Assembly: GCA_048939465.1 (NCBI GenBank)
Contig: JBHLPL010000024.1
Location: forward strand, 1-21,203
Direction: 5' to 3'
DNA length: 21,203 bases
Source: Promethearchaeota archaeon
GTDB lineage: Archaea; Asgardarchaeota; Odinarchaeia; Odinarchaeales; JBHLKK01
The notes under the pieces are model-generated. The model saw only the letters and a list, made by a program, of their open reading frames with translations. It was not told the origin of the DNA and did not search any database. The position numbers and the translations under genes are program-made. Below, piece by piece: positions 1-8,109 of the stretch. Position 1 is the first letter of the stretch. Every line of letters begins with the position of its first letter.

Positions 1-14
1 TAATTCTCTGTGTT

Positions 15-120
15 GCGGGGGTACCCGAGTCAGGTCTAAGGGGCAGGACTCAGAATCCTGTGCCGTAGAGGAATAAAAAAACCGCGGACGGCTTCGTGGG
101 TTCGAATCCCACCCCCCGCA
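15..120 (+). tRNA. tRNA-Leu(CAG) with a 21-nt non-canonical intron (69-89) in the variable-arm loop; CCA not encoded
   Basis: Acceptor stem GCGGGGG (15-21)/CCCCCGC (113-119), discriminator A120. Anticodon stem CAGGA/TCCTG with loop CTCAGAA (anticodon CAG, 51-53). T-arm GTGGG-TTCGAAT-CCCAC. Removing 69-89 gives an 85-nt tRNA with the typical archaeal Leu variable arm T-GCC-GTAG-GGC-TTC. Confidence 0.95.
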
Positions 121-198
121 CTCTACTCCGCACACATCTACCCGCGCAAGCCTCAAACAAAAAATCAATCGCCATAATTGTCCTAGGGGCGTTTATAT

Positions 199-798
199 AT
201 GAAGACAGTTGTTCTCTATGGAAGCCCAAGAAAGGATGGTAACTCAGCCACGCTGGCCAAGTACTTCTTGCAAGGATTAAGAACGAGCGGAATTAATGAG
301 ATTAAGGAATTCTATTCGAACGATTTGAACATCTCTCCTTGCCAAATGTGTGGATCCTGCGGCAAACCTGAACGAATCGAACTCACACCACACAACTGTA
401 TCACTTCAGACGATATGCACCCCATCTACGAAGCTTTCGCTGAAGCAAACATCGTCGTTTTTGCGACACCGATAATCTGGGGTTATATGACTGCCCAACT
501 CAAAAAAGTGTTAGATAGGCTGGAAGCGCTCGCCTCCAATAAATACTTCGGACACAAAACATTCGTTGTAATAATCACCTGCTGGCATCACCACGAGACC
601 TTAGTCGGGTTCTTCAAACGCGCGATAGAGGGCTATTATGAGGACGTTCAACTACATACTATCATCTACCGCTCTTGGGACCAGAATAATCGTAGTGACA
701 GACACGTTTTGACTTGTAATGAGAAGTTGCAGGAAGCACAAGAACTCGGCAGAACCATAGGAGAGAACCTGCAGATACGTGCAGGCAAAAAGCGATAA
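199..798 (+). CDS. Flavodoxin-fold NADPH-dependent FMN reductase / iron-sulfur flavoprotein (Isf)-like protein
   Basis: N-terminal GSPRKDGNS FMN phosphate-binding loop, CQMCGSC...C cysteine cluster followed by DDM, and VFATPIIWG...AQLKKVLDR motif. Confidence 0.85.
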   Translation: MKTVVLYGSPRKDGNSATLAKYFLQGLRTSGINEIKEFYSNDLNISPCQMCGSCGKPERIELTPHNCITSDDMHPIYEAFAEANIVVFATPIIWGYMTAQLKKVLDRLEALASNKYFGHKTFVVIITCWHHHETLVGFFKRAIEGYYEDVQLHTIIYRSWDQNNRSDRHVLTCNEKLQEAQELGRTIGENLQIRAGKKR

Positions 799-846
799 CT
801 CTCCTCAAAAAGACGAGTTAGAGACATACTGTGAAGGTGTCGGTTT

Positions 847-1365
847 GTGATTTCCATCAGAAAAGCGAATGAGAGAGATATAACAGATCTGAGCAGAAAG
901 CTCTCCACGTTCTTGGAGGACAAGAGCAGCAAGATTTACCAGGATAACATTGCCAAGTTTGGCATTCCCGATGAATATGTAAAGAAAGCTCTGGCAGAAG
1001 AAACACTGCTCGAGGCAATGCTTTCAGAAAGAGCTGCTTTCTATGTAGCAGTTGAAAGAAATGAAATTGTAGGTTTTGCCCAGATAATCCAGCAAAATGA
1101 TCAAACTACGGAGCTAGACCGTATTGTAGTTTTTCCTCCACGTGAGAGAAAGGGGATTGGAACCCAACTGCTGCGCAAAGTCATTAATGATGAACGAAAT
1201 AAGGGAGTAAATACAATTACTGTAAATGTTGGGAAGAATGAGACTTATGTCAGAAAATTCTATGAAAAGAATGGCTTTAGATTGAGGACGGAGATTGCAG
1301 TCGATGCCCCCTGGGGAAAGAGAATCGACCTAGCTGTTTACGAACTTTCTATGAATTCCTATTAA
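847..1365 (+). CDS. GNAT-family N-acetyltransferase (PaiA-like)
   Basis: GTG start with GAAGGTG RBS. Acetyl-CoA motif A (RIVVFPPRERKGIGTQLL) and motif B (N..VRKFYEKNGF). Confidence 0.85.
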   Translation: MISIRKANERDITDLSRKLSTFLEDKSSKIYQDNIAKFGIPDEYVKKALAEETLLEAMLSERAAFYVAVERNEIVGFAQIIQQNDQTTELDRIVVFPPRERKGIGTQLLRKVINDERNKGVNTITVNVGKNETYVRKFYEKNGFRLRTEIAVDAPWGKRIDLAVYELSMNSY

Positions 1366-1446
1366 CCGATGCTTTCAGCGATATTACATAATCATAATCC
1401 AAAGAGTGGAAGTACTTGCGGGAAGCTTGCGAAGAAAGGATTTTTC

Positions 1447-3000
1447 TTAAGATATCTCTCCTATAGAAACCCCGTCACCCCTTATATCGGCTGAGAGTAT
1501 CGCGACATTTCCTCTTTTCATACAGCAATGAGCCACACCCGTTCTGCTTGGATATTCTCGAGGTAATATCTCGTGACCAATTTTCTTGAGTCTCTGCAGC
1601 TCTTTGAACCCCCTTTCCACCAATACCTTTTTTCCTCCGGTCCAGAGGAACCTCGGTGCCTCGACTGCTTCTTGGAGACCCATGCCGTAATCGAATAGGT
1701 TCGTCAATAACAATACGTGCTGCTGTGGCCTGAAATCTCCTCCACTCATCCCCAAGGCCCACATTTCGTCTTCATCTGATGCTGCAATAACGGACGATAG
1801 CGTGTGCAAAGGTCTTTTCCTTGGTTCAAGCTTGTTTGGGCCTTTGAAATTAAAGTAAGACCCTCTTGAGTTCAAAACGATGCCTGTATCTGGATCCAAC
1901 AGGCCTGACCCAAAATGGTAAAAGATGCTTTGGATGGCCGAGACAACGTTTCCCCATCTATCGACAACTACAAAATTCGTAGTGTCAAGGGGTTTTAGAG
2001 AAGCTTCCACAAACACGCTGTTCAAATCAATGGTTTTTCCAAGTTTCTTTGCATGTTCTTTTGACAGAATTTCCTCTAAAGGCATTTGAGCAAAACGAGG
2101 GTCCGCCAAGTACCGATTCTTGTCTATGTATGCTCTTTTGGCAGCCTCAACAGACAGGTGAACTCTATCGGCATCAAAAGGTTTGAAATCGCCCAGATCA
2201 AAATCCTCTAAAATGTTGAGAATCTGGAGAGTTGTAGCCCCTTGGGTATTAGGGGGCATCTCATAAACATCAAAACCTCTATATTCTTCTTTCAACGGGT
2301 CGACCCACTCGGCAGTAAAATCTTCAAAATCATCGACTTCCAGCACTCCGCCCTCAGTTTTTAAGAACTTGCATAGGCTTTCTGATATCCATTTATCGTA
2401 GAAATCACGGGGATTGGAAGCCAGACTTTCAAAAGTTTTTGCCAATGACTTCTGGATCAAGATCTCACCGGGTTTAAGGGGTTTTCCTTCTCTGAAGAAG
2501 AGATCTCGGGCAGCCTTGCTCATTAGCTTAGATGCATTGACTTTTATGGCTCTCGAAAGTCCATGGCTAACTGGAAACCCCTTTTTGGCCAGCGAGATTG
2601 GGTATTCGAGTAATTGCTTGAACTCAGCTGTTCCAAATCTCTCGTGAGCCATGCGTAGACCGTCCATCATACCGGGTACGACAACAGAATGCGGAGATTC
2701 TACCGGTATGTCTCTGAATCCTTTATCCGCCAAGTATTCTAGCGTAAGTCTCTTTGGGCTCCAACCACTTCCATTCAGGCAATGGATGTTACCACTTGAA
2801 GACTCATAGATTAATGCAAAAAAGTCGCTACCCAAAGAGCCTAAATGGGGCTGGGTAACGGCTAATGACAAGCTTGTAGCCACAGTTGCGTCAATAGCAT
2901 TACCCCCACTAGAGAGAACTTTCATACCTGCGACGGACGCCATTGGATGTTCTGATGAAACTCCTCCTAAGGTTCCCATGAAGGGTGCTTTCAAAACCAA
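1447..3000 (-). CDS. ggt: Gamma-glutamyltransferase family protein (YwrD/HpxW-like Ntn hydrolase)
   Basis: TTG start with AGGTG RBS. GGNAIDA..A......V.QPH..SLGSD.F motif, autoproteolytic nucleophile site DTTNFVVVD, KRPLHTLS and GGDFRPQ motifs. Confidence 0.92.
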   Translation of the reverse strand: MVLKAPFMGTLGGVSSEHPMASVAGMKVLSSGGNAIDATVATSLSLAVTQPHLGSLGSDFFALIYESSSGNIHCLNGSGWSPKRLTLEYLADKGFRDIPVESPHSVVVPGMMDGLRMAHERFGTAEFKQLLEYPISLAKKGFPVSHGLSRAIKVNASKLMSKAARDLFFREGKPLKPGEILIQKSLAKTFESLASNPRDFYDKWISESLCKFLKTEGGVLEVDDFEDFTAEWVDPLKEEYRGFDVYEMPPNTQGATTLQILNILEDFDLGDFKPFDADRVHLSVEAAKRAYIDKNRYLADPRFAQMPLEEILSKEHAKKLGKTIDLNSVFVEASLKPLDTTNFVVVDRWGNVVSAIQSIFYHFGSGLLDPDTGIVLNSRGSYFNFKGPNKLEPRKRPLHTLSSVIAASDEDEMWALGMSGGDFRPQQHVLLLTNLFDYGMGLQEAVEAPRFLWTGGKKVLVERGFKELQRLKKIGHEILPREYPSRTGVAHCCMKRGNVAILSADIRGDGVSIGEIS

Positions 3001-3052
3001 TTCTTACACCTACCAATTTCGTTGCATCTACCAAACTCTTATTGGATTTAGC

Positions 3053-3135
3053 ATAAGTTACTTATAATGCAGTTAGTAGGTGCGGAAAAAGTATTTATTC
3101 TGCTTTGCATTTCTCTCCCTGATTAATGATCAGGG
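3053..3135. promoter_or_regulatory. Divergent promoter region between ggt and the disulfide reductase, with two inverted repeats
   Basis: Plus-strand BRE-TATA GGAAAAAG-TATTTAT (3084-3098); minus-strand TTATAAG (about 3062-3068). Palindrome ATAAGT-T-ACTTAT (3053-3065) and inverted repeat CCCTGAT-TAATG-ATCAGGG (3117-3135). Confidence 0.5.
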
Positions 3136-3144
3136 TGGTTTGAA

Positions 3145-4581
3145 TTGAAGGAATACGATTTGATAGTGATAGGATCGGGCTCTGCAATGAGTATTGTAGA
3201 TGCGATGATTCAGCAAAATCCGAGTCTTAAGGTCGCTGTCATAGATAAGGATGAACCTGGTGGAATCTGTTTAACTCGCGGCTGTATACCTACTAAGATA
3301 TTGACATACTCTGCCGATACGGTGAGAGCGATAGAAAAGGCAAGAGAGTTTGGCATAGAGGCCAAAATTGAGAAGATAGATTTTCAGAAGGTCATGGAGA
3401 GGATGCGAAATATTATCTACCCAGATATAAACCAGATCGGAGAAGGCCTCTCTCACTCCAAGAATATAGACTATCATCGAGATGTTGCTGAGTTTACAGC
3501 TCCGTATACACTCAAGGTGGCCAATGACACCATAACCTCGAAGTTGATTATTCTCGGGACAGGCTCGAAACCCAAGATCCCACCTGTCAAAGGTCTCGGG
3601 GATGTAGGCTATCATACCAGTGATACGATTCTCAAAATAGATCGGTTGCCTAAAAGTATGGCCATCATCGGTGGAGGATACATAGCCGCTGAATATGGTC
3701 ACTTCTTCTCAGCCATGGGATCGGACGTAACTATTGTAGGAAGGAATCCTCAATTCCTTCCAGAAGAGGAACCAGAGATTTCGGCTTTGGCAAAAAGGGA
3801 GCTACAGAAACACATGAAGATCTTTACCAATCATGAGGTTCGTAGCGCTGAGAGATTATCAACAAATAAGAAGAAATTAGTGGCGGTTAACGGGCGGAAT
3901 GAGAAGGAGTTGGAAGTGGCCGCTGAGGAAATACTGGTCGCGGCAGGAAGAGCTCCAAACACAGACATACTCCATCCGGAAAAAGGTGGAATCCAGGTGG
4001 ATGGAGGAGGCTGGATCGTTGTCAACGAACATCTGGAGAGTTCACAACCAAATATCTGGGCATTGGGTGATGCTAACGGAAAACACCTCTTCAAGCATGT
4101 TGCAAACTATGAGTCAATGATAGTCTATTACAATGCCGTATTGAAGAGCAATCTGAAGGTGGATTATCATGCCATACCACATGCCGTTTTCACGAATCCC
4201 GAAATAGCGAGTGTGGGACTTAGAGAGAAGGAAGCTTTAGAAAAATACGGGGATGAGAAGGTATTAATCGGGATTAATAGATACCAAGACACCGGCAAAG
4301 GAGAAGCTATGGGTGCAAGGGACTACTTTGCTAAGATCATCCTTGAAGGGGAAACCATGAAGATCTTGGGAGCTCACATAATCGGGCCACAAGCTTCTGT
4401 CCTCATACAAGAAGTAATTAACCTGATGTATACCCCCGAGCAAAGCGCCGAACCGATTATTAGAGGGATGCATATTCATCCTGCTCTGAGCGAAGTGGTG
4501 GAACGGGCGTTTGATTCCCTCATGTCGCCTGAACAATACCATCACCTTATGGAGCATCACTACGGATTGCCCACCGGCTAG
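3145..4581 (+). CDS. Class I pyridine nucleotide-disulfide oxidoreductase (dihydrolipoamide dehydrogenase / mycothione reductase-like)
   Basis: FAD-binding VIGSGS, redox disulfide GGICLTRGCIPTK, C-terminal HIHPALSE. The second dinucleotide motif GGGYIAAE and the strand VTIVGRN suggest NADP(H) preference, so lpdA is not asserted. Confidence 0.9.
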   Translation: MKEYDLIVIGSGSAMSIVDAMIQQNPSLKVAVIDKDEPGGICLTRGCIPTKILTYSADTVRAIEKAREFGIEAKIEKIDFQKVMERMRNIIYPDINQIGEGLSHSKNIDYHRDVAEFTAPYTLKVANDTITSKLIILGTGSKPKIPPVKGLGDVGYHTSDTILKIDRLPKSMAIIGGGYIAAEYGHFFSAMGSDVTIVGRNPQFLPEEEPEISALAKRELQKHMKIFTNHEVRSAERLSTNKKKLVAVNGRNEKELEVAAEEILVAAGRAPNTDILHPEKGGIQVDGGGWIVVNEHLESSQPNIWALGDANGKHLFKHVANYESMIVYYNAVLKSNLKVDYHAIPHAVFTNPEIASVGLREKEALEKYGDEKVLIGINRYQDTGKGEAMGARDYFAKIILEGETMKILGAHIIGPQASVLIQEVINLMYTPEQSAEPIIRGMHIHPALSEVVERAFDSLMSPEQYHHLMEHHYGLPTG

Positions 4582-4602
4582 CCAAATCTCTTGGGCCAAA
4601 TT

Positions 4603-5250
4603 TCAATCCGCATTATTCGATTCAGCAAGATAACTAATTACATCGTTGAAATCATCGATTTCAAGACACTTTAACCCTCGTTTCTTGCAGAAGCTAGCTA
4701 GTTTACCCCCTCTGATAGCAAATACGAAGTCTGCCGCTCTCGCAGCATTGTAATCTCCTATACCGTCTCCTATGTAGGATACATTCATAGCAATCTCCTT
4801 GGAATTCTCAACTATGCCTTCCTTGAAGTCTTCAGTTCCAGGAAGATGTTTGAAGGAAAGAGTTATTCCCTCCTCTCCGTGGCATCTTGCTACAGGGGCA
4901 TAAATGGGGATTTCACTAATACTGTTGATTCTCAGTATGTACTTTATTACAAAATCAAGTCCTGCGCTAACTATCGATAAAGGAATATCGTTCACCCTAC
5001 AGTACTCAACAAAATCATTAAACCCTGACCTTATCTTTACCCCCTCGACCAGGTGTATTATCTCATTTCTTGTTTTCTTAATCATAGCAACTTCTTTCAT
5101 CATACATTCTGCAAGAGTAATCTCTCCACGTTCCAGCTGTTCATCGTAAACCTTCCAGCTGTCAGGAACAAGTTCCTCAAGGATGTATTCCACTGTATCA
5201 AATTCCACAATTGTGCCATCAAAATCGCACATTATTACTCTTCTATACAT
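4603..5250 (-). CDS. HAD-superfamily phosphatase (MtnX/phosphoserine phosphatase-like)
   Basis: Motif I CDFDGTI, motif II IVSAG, motif III K (DFKEG), motif IV YIGDGIGD. ATG at 5250 chosen; an upstream GTG at 5259 is also possible. Confidence 0.88.
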   Translation of the reverse strand: MYRRVIMCDFDGTIVEFDTVEYILEELVPDSWKVYDEQLERGEITLAECMMKEVAMIKKTRNEIIHLVEGVKIRSGFNDFVEYCRVNDIPLSIVSAGLDFVIKYILRINSISEIPIYAPVARCHGEEGITLSFKHLPGTEDFKEGIVENSKEIAMNVSYIGDGIGDYNAARAADFVFAIRGGKLASFCKKRGLKCLEIDDFNDVISYLAESNNAD

Positions 5251-5313
5251 ACAGATCACATCGTTTTGCGACTGGAGGCTCTAACCCTCTGAATTGAGGG
5301 GGACGATTCCCTT

Positions 5314-6177
5314 CTACTTTTTTAGTTGTGTGGTTTGGTTTCTTATGGCTTCCGCAACTTCCACAGCTTCTACGGTCTCATGCACGTCATGCGTTCTGAT
5401 CATGTGAACCCCCTCATAAACTGCGATGGCCGTCGCGGCGAGACTTCCTACTAGACGGTCTTCGGGTTTCTCTATTCCAAGTACTTTGCCGATGAAATTC
5501 TTTCTCGATAAGCTGATCAGGATTGGTTTCTCCAATATCCGAAATTCAGCCAGGTTTCGGATAATTCGTAAATCGTGGCGGTGATCCTTTCCAAATCCCA
5601 CACCTGGATCTATTACAATGTTGGTCTCATCTATCTCGTTCCTAAGAGCTATTGAAATGCTTGTTTTTAATTCCCTGATGATGGATTCTATATTGCCGAC
5701 GTCGCCTGGCTTTTCTTTTGTTGCCATTAATACTGCTGCGGCACCGTACTCTGATATTACTCTCGCCATATTTGGATCTGTCTTGAGACCACTAACATCG
5801 TTTACTACGGAGGCACCTAATTTCAAAGCAGCTTCTGCTACCTCTGCTCTCTGTGTGTCGACTGAAATGGGAGTTTCAGTTGCATCTCTTATTATCGATA
5901 TTGCCCTAATCATTCGCTCTTTTTCGACAGAAAGCGACTCCATATGAGGTTTTTCATATATTTCCGGAGGAGCTGTTGAAATTGCCCCAACATCAATAAT
6001 TGCTGCGCCCTCTTCAGTCAGTTCTAGGGCAAAATTAGCTATCTCATCATCTTCAAGTCTCACCGAAGGCTTGTAGAACGAGTCCGGTGAACAATTGATA
6101 ATGCCAACAACCTTAACGGAGTAAGAATCTCCTACTCTAATCTTTGCTATTTCCCCATATACTGCCAAACTTGACAA
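5314..6177 (-). CDS. folP: Dihydropteroate synthase
   Basis: GIINCSPDSFY, IIDVGAIST.P, ISVDTQRAEVAEAAL, NDVSG, DPGVGFGK, SRKNFIG and IRTHDV are all DHPS signature segments. Confidence 0.95.
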   Translation of the reverse strand: MSSLAVYGEIAKIRVGDSYSVKVVGIINCSPDSFYKPSVRLEDDEIANFALELTEEGAAIIDVGAISTAPPEIYEKPHMESLSVEKERMIRAISIIRDATETPISVDTQRAEVAEAALKLGASVVNDVSGLKTDPNMARVISEYGAAAVLMATKEKPGDVGNIESIIRELKTSISIALRNEIDETNIVIDPGVGFGKDHRHDLRIIRNLAEFRILEKPILISLSRKNFIGKVLGIEKPEDRLVGSLAATAIAVYEGVHMIRTHDVHETVEAVEVAEAIRNQTTQLKK

Positions 6178-6204
6178 CCCCTTGTTAGACTCATAAAGAC
6201 TTTT

Positions 6205-6266
6205 AGTAAGTTTTTTTATACGTGATACTATTAAGTTTGCTCAAAATCATATCGATTTGAGGAGGT
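6205..6266. promoter_or_regulatory. Divergent folP/gcvT promoter region with an inverted repeat touching the gcvT RBS
   Basis: Plus-strand TTTTTATA (to 6220); minus-strand CAAAC-TTAATA (6239-6229). Imperfect inverted repeat CTCAAAATC-ATATC-GATTTGAG (6240-6261) runs into the RBS GAGGAGGT. Confidence 0.45.
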
Positions 6267-6273
6267 CTATCCA

Positions 6274-7425
6274 ATGGGAAAGGAGCTCAGAGTCACCCAT
6301 TTACATGAGTGGCATGCTGAGAGGGCTAAAATGGTAGAATTTGTGGGCTATCATATGCCAATTTGGTACAATGAAACTGGAATAGTCGTTGAACACATGG
6401 CCGTCCGACGGAGTGTGGGCATCTTTGATGTTACACACATGGGACGTTTTATGTTTAATGGGGCAGAAGCTGAGGATTTTCTGAACTATACGACCACAAA
6501 TGATGTCTCCAAGCTTGGTCTTGGTCAAGGACTATATTCAACCATTTGCAACGATAATGGAGGCATAATTGACGATCTGATTATCTACAGGCTGGAGCAA
6601 AATCGATTCTTCGTCATTGTCAATTCTGCGAACAAAGAAAAAGATTTTGATTGGTTCAAGGCTCATGAGGGGGGTTATGGTGTCAAGATCGAAAACATAT
6701 CGGACTCTACGCCTCAATTCGCAGTTCAGGGTCCAAAGGCTGTTGCTACGCTGCAAAAACTGACTGACGATGACTTGAACAGGTATTCTTCTTTTGGGGA
6801 TACGGTTGTTACAGCACTGGCTGGCCATCAGGTTATTGCAACAAGAACTGGTTATACTGGGGAAGATGGATTCGAGATTTCTCAGCTGAATGTTCCTCTA
6901 GCGAAACCCGCGAATGCTATACGCCTCTGGGAAAAGATCTTGGAAGCTGGTAAGGAATTTAAGATCGTGCCCGTTGGTTTGGGCGCCAGAGACACTCTGC
7001 GATTAGAGGCAGGAATGCCACTTCACGGTAGCGATATAGACGAAACTACGACACCTCTTGAAGCCAGACTCAGATTTGTGGTTAAGCTAAAAAAAGGAGA
7101 CTTCATCGGTCGTGAAGCCCTTCTAAAACAGAAAGAAGAGGGAGTAAAACGATTTCGCGTAGGGCTAATAATGATAGACAAAGGTATCCCCCGTCCTCAC
7201 TATGATATCTTTAACGGTGGCGGAAAAATCGGTGAGACCACAAGCGGCAACTACTCTCCATTATTGCCTCGAGGACAGGGTGTTGCTCTAGGTTATGTCA
7301 AACGTAAATGGCGTATCAGCGGGACAATGGTACGCGTGGCCATCCACGGTAAAAGACGTGTGGCGGAGGTTATTAGTCCCCGTAAGATGCTGGGAAGACT
7401 GAAGTCACGTGCAGCACAGTTATGA
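6274..7425 (+). CDS. gcvT: Glycine cleavage system T protein (aminomethyltransferase)
   Basis: GAGGAGGT RBS. MVEFVGYHMPIWY, EHMAVR..VGIFDVTHMG, GGIIDD, AVQGPKA, RTGYTGEDGFE and GLGARDTLRLEAG motifs. Confidence 0.96.
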   Translation: MGKELRVTHLHEWHAERAKMVEFVGYHMPIWYNETGIVVEHMAVRRSVGIFDVTHMGRFMFNGAEAEDFLNYTTTNDVSKLGLGQGLYSTICNDNGGIIDDLIIYRLEQNRFFVIVNSANKEKDFDWFKAHEGGYGVKIENISDSTPQFAVQGPKAVATLQKLTDDDLNRYSSFGDTVVTALAGHQVIATRTGYTGEDGFEISQLNVPLAKPANAIRLWEKILEAGKEFKIVPVGLGARDTLRLEAGMPLHGSDIDETTTPLEARLRFVVKLKKGDFIGREALLKQKEEGVKRFRVGLIMIDKGIPRPHYDIFNGGGKIGETTSGNYSPLLPRGQGVALGYVKRKWRISGTMVRVAIHGKRRVAEVISPRKMLGRLKSRAAQL

Positions 7426-7480
7426 CTTATCTGGCAGAGTTCTATTACGTGCTCAGTACACCAGTTCTCTTTTCATCTCT

Positions 7481-7497
7481 GATAAAAAATTTTTAAG
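7481..7497 (+). promoter_or_regulatory. Candidate BRE-TATA promoter of gcvH
   Basis: GATAAAAAA-TTTTTAAG about 50 nt upstream of the GTG start, within a 122-nt intergenic gap. Confidence 0.5.
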
Positions 7498-7547
7498 GTA
7501 GATTATTCTCCTACTAGGTTGACTAAATATCCGGAGGAGGATTTTGG

Positions 7548-7988
7548 GTGAAGGTCAACGATTATGAAATCTCTGAGGGTTTCTACTATACAAAAACTCA
7601 TGAGTGGGTAAAAGTTGAAGGAAGCAATGTTCGTGTAGGGCTTACAGATTATGCGCAGAAACAGCTTCGGGACATCGTCTATGTAGAGTACATCGATGCT
7701 GAGGACAATACTGTCGAAGCAGGAAGCCAGGTGGTCCCGGCTTCGCAGTTTGCCTCCGTAGAGTCTGTGAAAGCAACTTCAGAAGTATATGCTCCTGTTA
7801 AGGGCGAAGTTGTGGAAGTGAATGATGCTTTGGAAGATAGTCCAGAGCTAATCAATAGTGATACTTACGGTCAGGGTTGGCTTGTTATTATAAGGGCAGG
7901 GGATTTAGATAAGCAATTATCCAAGCTGATGACACCCGAACAATACGCAGGATTCCTTAAGGAGGAAGTGAAGAGAGAACAAGAATAG
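7548..7988 (+). CDS. gcvH: Glycine cleavage system H protein (lipoyl carrier)
   Basis: GGAGGAGG RBS and GTG start. YYTKTHEW, VGLTDYAQ..L.DIVYVE, lipoylation site VESVKA, P.LINSD.YG.GW. Confidence 0.96.
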   Translation: MKVNDYEISEGFYYTKTHEWVKVEGSNVRVGLTDYAQKQLRDIVYVEYIDAEDNTVEAGSQVVPASQFASVESVKATSEVYAPVKGEVVEVNDALEDSPELINSDTYGQGWLVIIRAGDLDKQLSKLMTPEQYAGFLKEEVKREQE

Positions 7989-8109
7989 TCTTGCTCCTTA
8001 TTTTCAAATCTTTTATTTTGGTTCGAAGGTATCAACTTATGTCAACATTTCTTCAATTTAAGATAATCTGCCTTTGTCTTATTTCTCCTACTTCGTTGGG
8101 TGCAAACAA

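Noticed and set aside
51-54. Reading the first tRNA as Sec (TCA) or Ser
   Set aside because: The 5-bp stem fixes the anticodon as CAG, and A73 plus the GTAG variable loop indicate Leu.
128-139. 12-bp CCGCACACATCT also found at 17857-17868, each near a tRNA
   Set aside because: About ten or more chance 12-mer matches are expected in 21 kb, and it does not match a tRNA 3' end, so it is not an att site.
192-199. TTTATATA immediately before the flavoprotein ATG
   Set aside because: It is too close to the start to be that gene's TATA box, and the protein's canonical N-terminus begins at 199.
121-1365. Possible tRNA-anchored genomic island
   Set aside because: No integrase, transposase or duplicated tRNA 3' end was found in the window.
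7670-7740. Short insertion in GcvH before the lipoyl hairpin (YIDAEDNTV)
   Set aside because: It is a small surface-loop indel and the lipoyl Lys motif is intact; no functional inference is supportable.
8020-8030. GGTTCGAA resembling a T-loop (possible tRNA half)
   Set aside because: There is no flanking T-stem, acceptor strand or BHB partner.
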